Source: Auanema rhodensis (taxonomy: Eukaryota > Animalia > Nematoda). From it: a stretch of DNA of 64,000 nt. How positions within the stretch are numbered: position 1 is the stretch's first letter; each line of letters begins with the position of its first letter. Shown here one piece after another: positions 23,701-38,400 of the stretch. Both the position numbers and the translations under genes were made by a program. A model generated the notes under the pieces. It made no database searches and was not told the origin of the DNA. It saw only the letters and a list, made by a program, of their open reading frames with translations. The DNA lies in NCBI GenBank assembly GCA_964057225.1, contig OZ059900.1:22630001-22694000 (forward strand), read 5' to 3'.

Positions 23701-24700
23701 TGAAAAACTTTCAGAGCCTGCACTGATAATATAATTGGAAACAGGCAGTACGCAATACGCAAACATTTGAATGACAGCTTTATTACAATACGACTTAGTT
23801 TACTCAATTATATCAAGCTTCATGAACACGGACTGCTTGTGTAATATATAATAGCAATAATAGTTTCGTTTCTGTTTTTAATTAACTTTCCTGTACGCGA
23901 GTTATAATATTAAGAACGTGATTCCTTGATTATGAAAAACTTTCAGAGCCTGCACTGATAATATAATTGGAAACAGGCAGTACGCAATACGCAAACATTT
24001 GAATGACAGCTTTATTACAATACGACTTAGTTTACTCAATCATACCAATCTTCATGAACACGGACTGTTTGTGTAATAGATAATAGCAATAATAGTTTCG
24101 TTTCTGTTTTTAATTAACTTTCCTGTACGCGAGTTATAATATTTAGAACGTGATTCCTTGATTATGAAAAATTTTTAGAGCCTGCACTGATAATATAACT
24201 GGAAACAGGCAGTACGCGATACGCAAATATTTGAATGACAGCTTTATTACAATACGACTTAGTTTACTCAATCATACCAATCTTCATGAACAGGGACTGT
24301 TTGTGTAATAGATGATAGCAATAATAGTTTCGTTTCTGTTTTTAATTAACTTTCCTGTACGCGAGTTATCATATTTAGAACGCGATTGCTTCATAATGAA
24401 AAATGTTTAGAGCCTGCACTGATAATATAACTGGCAACAGGCAATACGCAAACATTTGAATGACAGCTTTATTACAATACGACTTAGTTTACTCAATCAT
24501 ACCAATCTTCATGAACACCGACTGTTTGTGTAATAGATAATAAGCAATAATAGTTTCGTTTCTGTTTTTAATTAACTTTCCTGTACGCGAGTTATAATAT
24601 TTAGAACGTGATTCCTTGATTATGAAAAATTTTTAGAGCCTGCACTGATAATATAACTGGAAACAGGCAGTACGCGATACGCAAATATTTGAATGACAGC
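20800..24700. repeat. Block duplication with 10-mer/8-mer spacing in array B (boundaries approximate)
   Basis: TTAAATCAAG 21031/23344 and TTCCAATACG 21111/23424 are 2313 bp apart (10x232-7). TTAAGAAC 22061/23910 and ACCGAC 22668/24517 are 1849 bp apart (8x232-7). The difference matches an internal 464-bp dimer duplication (TACGAGAG near 21581 and 22045). Confidence 0.8.
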
Positions 24701-26206
24701 TTTATTACAAGACGACTTAGCTTACTTAATCATATCAAGCTTCATGAACACGGACTGCTTGTGTAATATATAATAGCAATAATAGTTTCGTTTCTGTTTT
24801 TAATTAACTTTCCTGTACGCGAGTTATAATATTTAGAACGTGATTCCTTGATTATGAAAAACTTTCAGAGCCTGCACTGATAATATAATTGGAAACAGGC
24901 AGTACGCAATACGCAAACATTTGAATGACAGCTTTATTACAATACGACTTAGTTTACTCAATTATATCAAGCTTCATGAACACGGACTGCTTGTGTAATA
25001 TATAATAGCAATAATAGTTTCGTTTCTGTTTTTAATTAACTTTCCTGTACGCGAGTTATAATATTTAGAACGTGATTCCTTGATTATGAAAAACTTTCAG
25101 AGCCTGCACTGATAATATAATTGGAAACAGGCAGTACGCAATACGCAAACATTTGAATGACAGCTTTATTACAATACGACTTATTTTACTCAATTATATC
25201 AAGCTTCATGAACACGGACTGCTTGTGTAATATATAATAGCAATAATAGTTTCGTTTCTGTTTTTAATTAACTTTCCTGTACGCGAGTTATAATATTTAG
25301 AACGTGATTCCTTGATTATGAAAAACTTTCAGAGCCTGCACTGATAATATAATTGGAAACAGGCAGTACGCAATACGCAAACATTTGAATGACAGCTTTA
25401 TTACAATACGACTTAGTTTACTCAATTATATCAAGCTTCATGAACACGGACTGCTTGTGTAATATATAATAGCAATAATAGTTTCGTTTCTGTTTTTAAT
25501 TAACTTTCCTGTACGCGAGTTATAATATTTAGAACGTGATTCCTTGATTATGAAAAACTTTCAGAGCCTGCACTGATAATATAATTGGAAACAGGCAGTA
25601 CGCAATACGCAAACATTTGAATGACAGCTTTATTACAATACGACTTAGTTTACTCAATCATACCAATCTTCATGAACACGGACTGTTTGTGTAATAGATA
25701 ATAGCAATAATAGTTTCGTTTCTGTTTTTAATTAACTTTCCTGTACGCGAGTTATAATATTTAGAACGTGATTCCTTGATTATGAAAAATTTTTAGAGCC
25801 TGCACTGATAATATAACTGGAAACAGGCAGTACGCGATACGCAAATATTTGAATGACAGCTTTATTACAATACGACTTAGTTTACTCAATCATACCAATC
25901 TTCATGAACACGGACTGTTTGTGTAATAGATAATAGCAATAATAGTTTCGTTTCTGTTTTTAATTAACTTTCCTGTACGCGAGTTATAAAATTTAGAACG
26001 TGATTCCTTGATTATGAAAAATTTTTAGAGCCTGCACTGATAATATAACTGGAAACAGGCAGTACGCGATACGCAAATATTTGAATTACAGCTTTAATAC
26101 AATACGACTTAGCTTACTCAATCATATCAAGCTTCATGAACAGGGACTGTTTGTGTAATAGATGATAGCAATGATAGTTTCGTTTCTTTTTTTAATTAAC
26201 TTTCCA

Positions 26207-29200
26207 GTACGCGAGTTATAATATTTAGAACGTGATTCCTTGATTATGAAAAACTTTCAGAGCCTGCACTGATAATATAATTGGAAACAGGCAGTACGCA
26301 ATACGCAAACATTTGAATGACAGCTTTATTACAATACGACTTAGTTTACTCAATTATATCAAGCTTCATGAACACGGACTGCTTGTGTAATATATAATAG
26401 CAATAATAGTTTCGTTTCTTTTTTTAATTAACTTTCCAGTACGCGAGTTATCATATTTAGAACGCGATTGCTTCATAATGAAAAATGTTTAGAGCCTGCA
26501 CTGATAATATAACTGGCAACAGGCAGTACGCAAACATTTGAATGACAGCTTTATTACAATACGACTTAGTTTACTCAATCATATCAAGCTTCATGAACAC
26601 GGACTGCTTGTGTAATATATAATAGCAATAATAGTTTCGTTTCTGTTTTTAATTAACTTTCCTGTACGCGAGTTATAATATTTAGAACGTGATTCCTTGA
26701 TTATGAAAAATTTTTAGAGCCTGCACTGATAATATAACTGGAAACAGGCAGTACGCGATACGCAAATATTTGAATGACAGCTTTATTACAATACGACTTA
26801 GTTTACTCAATTATATCAAGCTTCATGAACACGGACTGCTTGTGTAATATATAATAGCAATAATAGTTTCGTTTCTGTTTTTAATTAACTTTCCTGTACG
26901 CGAGTTATAATATTTAGAACGTGATTCCTTGATTATGAAAAACTTTCAGAGCCTGCACTGATAATATAATTGGAAACAGGCAGTACGCAATACGCAAACA
27001 TTTGAATGACAGCTTTATTACAATACGACTTAGTTTACTCAATTATATCAAGCTTCATGAACACGGACTGCTTGTGTAATATATAATAGCAATAATAGTT
27101 TCGTTTCTGTTTTTAATTAACTTTCCTGTACGCGAGTTATAATATTTAGAACGTGATTCCTTGATTATGAAAAACTTTCAGAGCCTGCACTGATAATATA
27201 ATTGGAAACAGGCAGTACGCAATACGCAAACATTTGAATGACAGCTTTATTACAATACGACTTAGTTTACTCAATTATATCAAGCTTCATGAACACGGAC
27301 TGTTTGTGCAATAGATGATAGCAATGATAATTTCGTTTCTTTTTTCAATTAACTTTCCTGTACGCGAGTTATAATATTTAGAACGTGATTCCTTGATTAT
27401 GAAAAACTTTCAGAGCCTGCACTGATAATATAATTGGAAACAGGCAGTACGCAATACGCAAACATTTGAATGACAGCTTTATTACAATACGACTTAGTTT
27501 ACTCAATTATATCAAGCTTCATGAACACGGACTGCTTGTGTAATATATAATAGCAATAATAGTTTCGTTTCTGTTTTTAATTAACTTTCCTGTACGCGAG
27601 TTATAATATTTAGAACGTGATTCCTTGATTATGAAAAACTTTCAGAGCCTGCACTGATAATATAATTGGAAACAGGCAGTACGCAATACGCAAACATTTG
27701 AATGACAGCTTTATTACAATACGACTTAGTTTACTCAATTATATCAAGCTTCATGAACACGGACTGTTTGTGCAATAGATGATAGCAATGATAATTTCGT
27801 TTCTTTTTTCAATTAACTTTCCTGTACGCGAGTTATAATATTTAGAACGTGATTCCTTGATTATGAAAAACTTTCAGAGCCTGCACTGATAATATAATTG
27901 GAAACAGGCAGTACGCAATACGCAAACATTTGAATGACAGCTTTATTACAATACGACTTAGTTTACTCAATCATATCAAGCTTCATGAACAGGGACTGCT
28001 TGAGTAATAGATAATAGCAATAATAGTTTCGTTTCTGTTTTTAATTAACTTTCCTGTACGCGAGCTATAATATTTAGAACGCGATTCCTTGATAATGAAA
28101 AACTTTCAGAGCCTGCACTGATAATATAACTGGAAACAGGCAATACTAAAACATTTGAATGACAGCTTTATTACAATAGGACTTAGTTTACTCAATCATA
28201 CCAATCTTCATGAACACGGACTGTTTGTGTAATATATAATAGCAATAATAGTTTCGTTTCTGTTTTTAATTAACTTTCCTGTACGCGAGTTATAATATTT
28301 AGAACGTGATTCCTTGATTATGAAAAACTTTCAGAGCCTGCACTGATAATATAATTGGAAACAGGCAGTACGCAATACGCAAACATTTGAATGACAGCTT
28401 TATTACAATACGACTTAGTTTACTCAATTATATCAAGCTTCATGAACACGGACTGTTTGTGCAATAGATGATAGCAATGATAATTTCGTTTCTTTTTTCA
28501 ATTAACTTTCCTGTACGCGAGTTATAATATTTAGAACGTGATTCCTTGATTATGAAAAATTTTTAGAGCCTGCACTGATAATATAACTGGAAACAGGCAG
28601 TACGCGATACGCAAATATTTGAATGACAGCTTTAATACAATACGACTTAGCTTACTCAATCATATCAAGCTTCATGAACAGGGACTGCTTGAGTAATAGA
28701 TAATAGCAATAATAGTTTCGTTTCTGTTTTTAATTAACTTTCCTGTACGCGAGCTATAATATTTAGAACGCGATTCCTTGATAATGAAAAACTTTCAGAG
28801 CCTGCACTGATAATATAACTGGAAACAGGCAATACTAAAACATTTGAATGACAGCTTTATTACAATAGGACTTAGTTTACTCAATCATACCAATCTTCAT
28901 GAACACGGACTGTTTGTGTAATAGATAATAGCAATAATAGTTTCGTTTCTGTTTTTAATTAACTTTCCTGTACGCGAGTTATAATATTTAGAACGTGATT
29001 CCTTGATTATGAAAAATTTTTAGAGCCTGCACTGATAATATAACTGGAAACAGGCAGTACGCGATACGCAAATATTTGAATGACAGCTTTAATACAAGAC
29101 GACTTAGCTTACTCAATCATATCAAGCTTCATGAACAGGGACTGCTTGTGTAATAGATGATAGCAATGATAGTTTCGTTTCTTTTTTTAACTAACTTTCC

Positions 29201-32200
29201 AGTACGCGAGTTATAATATTTAGAACGCGATTCCTTAATAATGAAAAACTTTCAGAGCCTGCACTGATAATATAATTGGAAACAGGCAGTACGCAATACG
29301 CAAACATTTGAATGACAGCTTTATTATAATACGACATAGTTTACTCAATTATATCAAGCTTCATGAACACGGACTGCTTGTGTAATATATAATAGCAATA
29401 ATAGTTTCGTTTCTGTTTTTAATTAACTTTCCTGTACGCGAGTTATAATATTTAGAACGTGATTCCTTGATTATGAAAAACTTTCAGAGCCTGCACTGAT
29501 AATATAACTGGAAACAGGCAGTACGCGATACGCAAATATTTGAATGACAGCTTTAATACAAGACGACTTAGCTTACTGAATCATATCAAGCTTCATGAAC
29601 AGGGACTGCTTATGTAATAGATGATAGCAATGATAATTTCGTTTCTTTTTTCAATTAACTTTCCAGTACGCGAGTTATTATATTTAGAACGTGATTCCTT
29701 CATAATGAAAACTTTTTAGAGCCTGCACTGATAATATAACTGGAAACAGGCAATACTAAAACATTAGAATGACAGCTTTATTACAATAGGACTTAGTTTA
29801 CTAAATCATACCAATCTTCATGAACACGGACTGTTTGTGTAATAGATAATAGCAATAATAGTTTCGTTTCTGTTTTTAATTAACTTTCCTGTACGCGAGT
29901 TATAATATTTAGAACGTGATTCCTTGATTATGAAAAACTTTCAGAGCCTGCACTGATAATATAATTGGAAACAGGCAGTACGCAATACGCAAACATTTGA
30001 ATGACAGCTTTATTACAATACGACTTAGTTTACTCAATTATATCAAGCTTCATGAACACGGACTGCTTGTGTAATATATAATAGCAATAATAGTTTCGTT
30101 TCTTTTTTTAATTAACTTTCCAGTACGCGAGTTATCATATTTAGAACGCGATTGCTTCATAATGAAAAATGTTTAGAGCCTGCACTGATAATATAACTGG
30201 CAACAGGCAGTACGCAAACATTTGAATGACAGCTTTATTACAATACGACTTAGTTTACTCAATCATATCAAGCTTCATGAACACGGACTGCTTGTGTAAT
30301 ATATAATAGCAATAATAGTTTCGTTTCTGTTTTTAATTAACTTTCCTGTACGCGAGTTATAATATTTAGAACGTGATTCCTTGATTATGAAAAATTTTTA
30401 GAGCCTGCACTGATAATATAACTGGAAACAGGCAGTACGCGATACGCAAATATTTGAATGACAGCTTTATTACAATACGACTTAGTTTACTCAATTATAT
30501 CAAGCTTCATGAACACGGACTGCTTGTGTAATATATAATAGCAATAATAGTTTCGTTTCTGTTTTTAATTAACTTTCCTGTACGCGAGTTATAATATTTA
30601 GAACGTGATTCCTTGATTATGAAAAACTTTCAGAGCCTGCACTGATAATATAATTGGAAACAGGCAGTACGCAATACGCAAACATTTGAATGACAGCTTT
30701 ATTACAATACGACTTAGTTTACTCAATTATATCAAGCTTCATGAACACGGACTGCTTGTGTAATATATAATAGCAATAATAGTTTCGTTTCTGTTTTTAA
30801 TTAACTTTCCTGTACGCGAGTTATAATATTTAGAACGTGATTCCTTGATTATGAAAAACTTTCAGAGCCTGCACTGATAATATAATTGGAAACAGGCAGT
30901 ACGCAATACGCAAACATTTGAATGACAGCTTTATTACAATACGACTTAGTTTACTCAATTATATCAAGCTTCATGAACACGGACTGTTTGTGCAATAGAT
31001 GATAGCAATGATAATTTCGTTTCTTTTTTCAATTAACTTTCCTGTACGCGAGTTATAATATTTAGAACGTGATTCCTTGATTATGAAAAACTTTCAGAGC
31101 CTGCACTGATAATATAATTGGAAACAGGCAGTACGCAATACGCAAACATTTGAATGACAGCTTTATTACAATACGACTTAGTTTACTCAATTATATCAAG
31201 CTTCATGAACACGGACTGCTTGTGTAATATATAATAGCAATAATAGTTTCGTTTCTGTTTTTAATTAACTTTCCTGTACGCGAGTTATAATATTTAGAAC
31301 GTGATTCCTTGATTATGAAAAACTTTCAGAGCCTGCACTGATAATATAATTGGAAACAGGCAGTACGCAATACGCAAACATTTGAATGACAGCTTTATTA
31401 CAATACGACTTAGTTTACTCAATTATATCAAGCTTCATGAACACGGACTGTTTGTGCAATAGATGATAGCAATGATAATTTCGTTTCTTTTTTCAATTAA
31501 CTTTCCTGTACGCGAGTTATAATATTTAGAACGTGATTCCTTGATTATGAAAAACTTTCAGAGCCTGCACTGATAATATAATTGGAAACAGGCAGTACGC
31601 AATACGCAAACATTTGAATGACAGCTTTATTACAATACGACTTAGTTTACTCAATCATATCAAGCTTCATGAACAGGGACTGCTTGAGTAATAGATAATA
31701 GCAATAATAGTTTCGTTTCTGTTTTTAATTAACTTTCCTGTACGCGAGCTATAATATTTAGAACGCGATTCCTTGATAATGAAAAACTTTCAGAGCCTGC
31801 ACTGATAATATAACTGGAAACAGGCAATACTAAAACATTTGAATGACAGCTTTATTACAATAGGACTTAGTTTACTCAATCATACCAATCTTCATGAACA
31901 CGGACTGTTTGTGTAATATATAATAGCAATAATAGTTTCGTTTCTGTTTTTAATTAACTTTCCTGTACGCGAGTTATAATATTTAGAACGTGATTCCTTG
32001 ATTATGAAAAACTTTCAGAGCCTGCACTGATAATATAATTGGAAACAGGCAGTACGCAATACGCAAACATTTGAATGACAGCTTTATTACAATACGACTT
32101 AGTTTACTCAATTATATCAAGCTTCATGAACACGGACTGTTTGTGCAATAGATGATAGCAATGATAATTTCGTTTCTTTTTTCAATTAACTTTCCTGTAC

Positions 32201-33780
32201 GCGAGTTATAATATTTAGAACGTGATTCCTTGATTATGAAAAATTTTTAGAGCCTGCACTGATAATATAACTGGAAACAGGCAGTACGCGATACGCAAAT
32301 ATTTGAATGACAGCTTTAATACAATACGACTTAGCTTACTCAATCATATCAAGCTTCATGAACAGGGACTGCTTGAGTAATAGATAATAGCAATAATAGT
32401 TTCGTTTCTGTTTTTAATTAACTTTCCTGTACGCGAGCTATAATATTTAGAACGCGATTCCTTGATAATGAAAAACTTTCAGAGCCTGCACTGATAATAT
32501 AACTGGAAACAGGCAATACTAAAACATTTGAATGACAGCTTTATTACAATAGGACTTAGTTTACTCAATCATACCAATCTTCATGAACACGGACTGTTTG
32601 TGTAATAGATAATAGCAATAATAGTTTCGTTTCTGTTTTTAATTAACTTTCCTGTACGCGAGTTATAATATTTAGAACGTGATTCCTTGATTATGAAAAA
32701 TTTTTAGAGCCTGCACTGATAATATAACTGGAAACAGGCAGTACGCGATACGCAAATATTTGAATGACAGCTTTAATACAAGACGACTTAGCTTACTCAA
32801 TCATATCAAGCTTCATGAACAGGGACTGCTTGTGTAATAGATGATAGCAATGATAGTTTCGTTTCTTTTTTTAACTAACTTTCCAGTACGCGAGTTATAA
32901 TATTTAGAACGCGATTCCTTAATAATGAAAAACTTTCAGAGCCTGCACTGATAATATAATTGGAAACAGGCAGTACGCAATACGCAAACATTTGAATGAC
33001 AGCTTTATTATAATACGACATAGTTTACTCAATTATATCAAGCTTCATGAACACGGACTGCTTGTGTAATATATAATAGCAATAATAGTTTCGTTTCTGT
33101 TTTTAATTAACTTTCCTGTACGCGAGTTATAATATTTAGAACGTGATTCCTTGATTATGAAAAACTTTCAGAGCCTGCACTGATAATATAACTGGAAACA
33201 GGCAGTACGCGATACGCAAATATTTGAATGACAGCTTTAATACAAGACGACTTAGCTTACTGAATCATATCAAGCTTCATGAACAGGGACTGCTTATGTA
33301 ATAGATGATAGCAATGATAATTTCGTTTCTTTTTTCAATTAACTTTCCAGTACGCGAGTTATTATATTTAGAACGTGATTCCTTCATAATGAAAACTTTT
33401 TAGAGCCTGCACTGATAATATAACTGGAAACAGGCAATACTAAAACATTAGAATGACAGCTTTATTACAATAGGACTTAGTTTACTAAATCATACCAATC
33501 TTCATGAACACGGACTGTTTGTGTAATAGATAATAGCAATAATAGTTTCGTTTCTGTTTTTAATTAACTTTCCTGTACGCGAGTTATAATATTTAGAACG
33601 TGATTCCTTGATTATGAAAAACTTTCAGAGCCTGCACTGATAATATAATTGGAAACAGGCAGTACGCAATACGCAAACATTTGAATGACAGCTTTATTAC
33701 AATACGACTTAGTTTACTCAATTATATCAAGCTTCATGAACACGGACTGCTTGTGTAATATATAATAGCAATAATAGTTT
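26207..33780. repeat. 16-monomer tandem duplication in array B (3684 bp, two essentially identical units)
   Basis: Private markers 3684 bp apart (12x232+4x225): ACGACATAG 29336/33020, GCTTACTGAATC 29571/33255, TTGAGTAATAG 28002/31686 and 28691/32375. Confidence 0.92.
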
Positions 33781-35469
33781 TGTTTCTGTTTTTAATTAAC
33801 TTTCCTGTACGCGAGTTATAATATTTAGAACGTGATTCCTTGATTATGAAAAACTTTCAGAGCCTGCACTGATAATATAATTGGAAACAGGCAGTACGCA
33901 ATACGCAAACATTTGAATGACAGCTTTATTACAATACGACTTAGTTTACTCAATTATATCAAGCTTCATGAACACGGACTGCTTGTGTAATATATAATAG
34001 CAATAATAGTTTCGTTTCTGTTTTTAATTAACTTTCCTGTACGCGAGTTATTATATTTAGAACGTGATTCCTTCATAATGAAAAATTTTTAGAGCCTGCA
34101 CTGATAATATAACTGGAAACAGGCAATACTAAAACATTTGAATGACAGCTTTATTACAATACGACTTAGTTTACTCAATTATATCAAGCTTCATGAACAC
34201 GGACTGTTTGTGCAATAGATGATAGCAATGATAATTTCGTTTCTTTTTTCAATTAACTTTCCTGTACGCGAGTTATAATATTTAGAACGTGATTCCTTGA
34301 TTATGAAAAATTTTTAGAGCCTGCACTGATAATATAACTGGAAACAGGCAGTACGCGATACGCAAATATTTGAATGACAGCTTTAATACAATACGACTTA
34401 GCTTACTCAATCATATCAAGCTTCATGAACAGGGACTGCTTGTGTAATATATAATAGCAATAATAGTTTCGTTTCTGTTTTTAATTAACTTTCCTGTACG
34501 CGAGTTATAATATTTAGAACGTGATTCCTTGATTATGAAAAACTTTCAGAGCCTGCACTGATAATATAATTGGAAACAGGCAGTACGCAATACGCAAACA
34601 TTTGAATGACAGCTTTATTACAATACGACTTAGTTTACTCAATTATATCAAGCTTCATGAACACGGACTGTTTGTGCAATAGATGATAGCAATGATAATT
34701 TCGTTTCTTTTTTCAATTAACTTTCCTGTACGCGAGTTATAATATTTAGAACGTGATTCCTTGATTATGAAAAATTTTTAGAGCCTGCACTGATAATATA
34801 ACTGGAAACAGGCAGTACGCGATACGCAAATATTTGAATGACAGCTTTAATACAATACGACTTAGCTTACTCAATCATATCAAGCTTCATGAACAGGGAC
34901 TGCTTGAGTAATAGATAATAGCAATAATAGTTTCGTTTCTGTTTTTAATTAACTTTCCTGTACGCGAGCTATAATATTTAGAACGCGATTCCTTGATAAT
35001 GAAAAACTTTCAGAGCCTGCACTGATAATATAACTGGAAACAGGCAATACGCAAACATTTGAATGACAGCTTTATTACAATACGACTTAGTTTACTCAAT
35101 CATATCAAGCTTCATGAACACGGACTGTTTGTGCAATAGATGATAGCAATGATAGTTTCGTTTCTTTTTTTAACTAACTTTCCAGTACGCGAGTTATAAT
35201 ATTTAGAACGCGATTCCTTGATAATGAAAAATTTTTAGAGCCTGCACTGATAATATAACTGGCAACAGGAAATACGCAAACATTTGAATGACAGCTTTAT
35301 TACAATACGACTTAGTTTACTCAATCATATCAAGCTTCATGAACACGGACTGTTTGTGCAATAGATGATAGCAATGATAGTTTCGTTTCTTTTTTTAACT
35401 AACTTTCCAGTACGCGAGTTATAATATTTAGAACGCGATTCCTTGATAATGCAAAACTTTCAGAGCCTG

Positions 35470-38400
35470 CACTGATAATATAATTGGAAACAGGCAGTAC
35501 GCAATACGCAAACATTTGAATGACAGCTTTATTATAATACGACTTAGTTTACTCAATTATATCAAGCTTCATGAACACGGACTGCTTGTGTAATATATAA
35601 TAGCAATAATAGTTTCGTTTCTGTTTTTAATTAACTTTCCTGTACGCGAGTTATAATATTTAGAACGTGATTCTTTGATTATGAAAAACTTTCAGAGCCT
35701 GCACTGATAATATAATTGGAAACAGGCAGTACGCAATACGCAAACATTTGAATGGCAGCTTTATTACAATACAACTTAGTTTCCTCAATCATATCAAGCT
35801 TCATGAACACGGACTGTTTGTGCAATAGATGATAGCAATGATAGTTTCGTTTCTTTTTTTAATTAACTTTCCAGTACGCGAGCTATAATATTTAGAACGC
35901 GATTCCTTGATAATGAAAAACTTTCAGAGCCTGCACTGATAATATAACTGGAAACAGGCAATACTAAAACATTTGAATGACAGCTTTATTACAATAGGAC
36001 TTAGTTTACTCAATCATACCAATCTTCATGAACACGGACTGTTTGTGTAATAGATAATAGCAATAATAGTTTCGTTTCTGTTTTTAATTAACTTTCCTGT
36101 ACGCGAGTTATAATATTTAGAACGTGATTCCTTGATTATGAAAAATTTTTAGAGCCTGCACTGATAATATAACTGGAAACAGGCAGTACGCGATACGCAA
36201 ATATTTGAATGACAGCTTTAATACAAGACGACTTAGCTTACTCAATCATATCAAGCTTCATGAACAGGGACTGCTTGTGTAATAGATGATAGCAATGATA
36301 GTTTCGTTTCTTTTTTTAACTAACTTTCCAGTACGCGAGTTATAATATTTAGAACGCGATTCCTTGATAATGAAAAACTTTCAGAGCCTGCACTGATAAT
36401 ATAATTGGAAACAGGCAGTACGCAATACGCAAACATTTGAATGACAGCTTTATTATAATACGACTTAGTTTACTCAATTATATCAAGCTTCATGAACACG
36501 GACTGCTTGTGTAATATATAATAGCAATAATAGTTTCGTTTCTGTTTTTAATTAACTTTCCTGTACGCGAGTTATAATATTTAGAACGTGATTCCTTGAT
36601 TATGAAAAACTTTCAGAGCCTGCACTGATAATATAACTGGAAACAGGCAGTACGCGATACGCAAATATTTGAATGACAGCTTTAATACAAGACGACTTAG
36701 CTTACTCAATCATATCAAGCTTCATGAACAGGGACTGCTTATGTAATAGATGATAGCAATGATAATTTCGTTTCTTTTTTCAATTAACTTTCCAGTACGC
36801 GAGTTATTATATTTAGAACGTGATTTCTTCATAATGAAAACTTTTTAGAGCCTGCACTGATAATATAACTGGAAACAGGCAATACTAAAACATTAGAATG
36901 ACAGCTTTATTACAATAGGACTTAGTTTACTAAATCATACCAATCTTCATGAACACGGACTGTTTGTGTAATAGATAATAGCAATAATAGTTTCGTTTCT
37001 GTTTTTAATTAACTTTCCTGTACGCGAGTTATAATATTTAGAACGTGATTCCTTGATTATGAAAAACTTTCAGAGCCTGCACTGATAATATAATTGGAAA
37101 CAGGCAGTACGCAATACGCAAACATTTGAATGACAGCTTTATTACAATACGACTTAGTTTACTCAATTATATCAAGCTTCATGAACACGGACTGCTTGTG
37201 TAATATATAATAGCAATAATAGTTTTGTTTCTGTTTTTAATTAACTTTCCTGTACGCGAGTTATAATATTTAGAACGTGATTCCTTGATTATGAAAAACT
37301 TTCAGAGCCTGCACTGATAATATAATTGGAAACAGGCAGTACGCAATACGCAAACATTTGAATGACAGCTTTATTACAATACGACTTAGTTTACTCAATT
37401 ATATCAAGCTTCATGAACACGGACTGCTTGTGTAATATATAATAGCAATAATAGTTTCGTTTCTGTTTTTAATTAACTTTCCTGTACGCGAGTTATTATA
37501 TTTAGAACGTGATTCCTTCATAATGAAAAATTTTTAGAGCCTGCGCTGATAATATAACTGGAAACAGGCAATACTAAAACATTTGAATGACAGCTTTATT
37601 ACAATAGGACTTAGTTTACTCAATCATATCAAGCTTCATGAACACGGACTGTTTGTGCAATAGATGATAGCAATGATTATTTCGTTTCTTTTTTCAATTA
37701 ACTTTCCAGTACGCGAGTTATTATATTTAGAACGTGATTCCTTCATAATGAAAAATTTTTAGAGCCTGCACTGATAATATAACTGGAAACAGGCAATACG
37801 CAAACATTTGAATGACAGCTTTATTACAATACGACTTAGTTTACTCAATCATATCAAGCTTCATGAACACGGACTGTTTGTGCAATAGATGATAGCAATG
37901 ATAGTTTCGTTTCTTTTTTTAACTAACTTTCCAGTACGCGAGTTATAATATTTAGAACGCGATTCCTTGATAATGAAAAATTTTTAGAGCCTGCACTGAT
38001 AATATAACTGGCAACAGGAAATACGCAAACATTTGAATGACAGCTTTATTACAATACGACTTAGTTTACTCAATCATATCAAGCTTCATGAACACGGACT
38101 GTTTGTGCAATAGATGATAGCAATGATAGTTTCGTTTCTTTTTTTAACTAACTTTCCAGTACGCGAGTTATAATATTTAGAACGCGATTCCTTGATAATG
38201 CAAAACTTTCAGAGCCTGCACTGATAATATAATTGGAAACAGGCAGTACGCAATACGCAAACATTTGAATGACAGCTTTATTATAATACGACTTAGTTTA
38301 CTCAATTATATCAAGCTTCATGAACACGGACTGCTTGTGTAATATATAATAGCAATAATAGTTTCGTTTCTGTTTTTAATTAACTTTCCTGTACGCGAGT

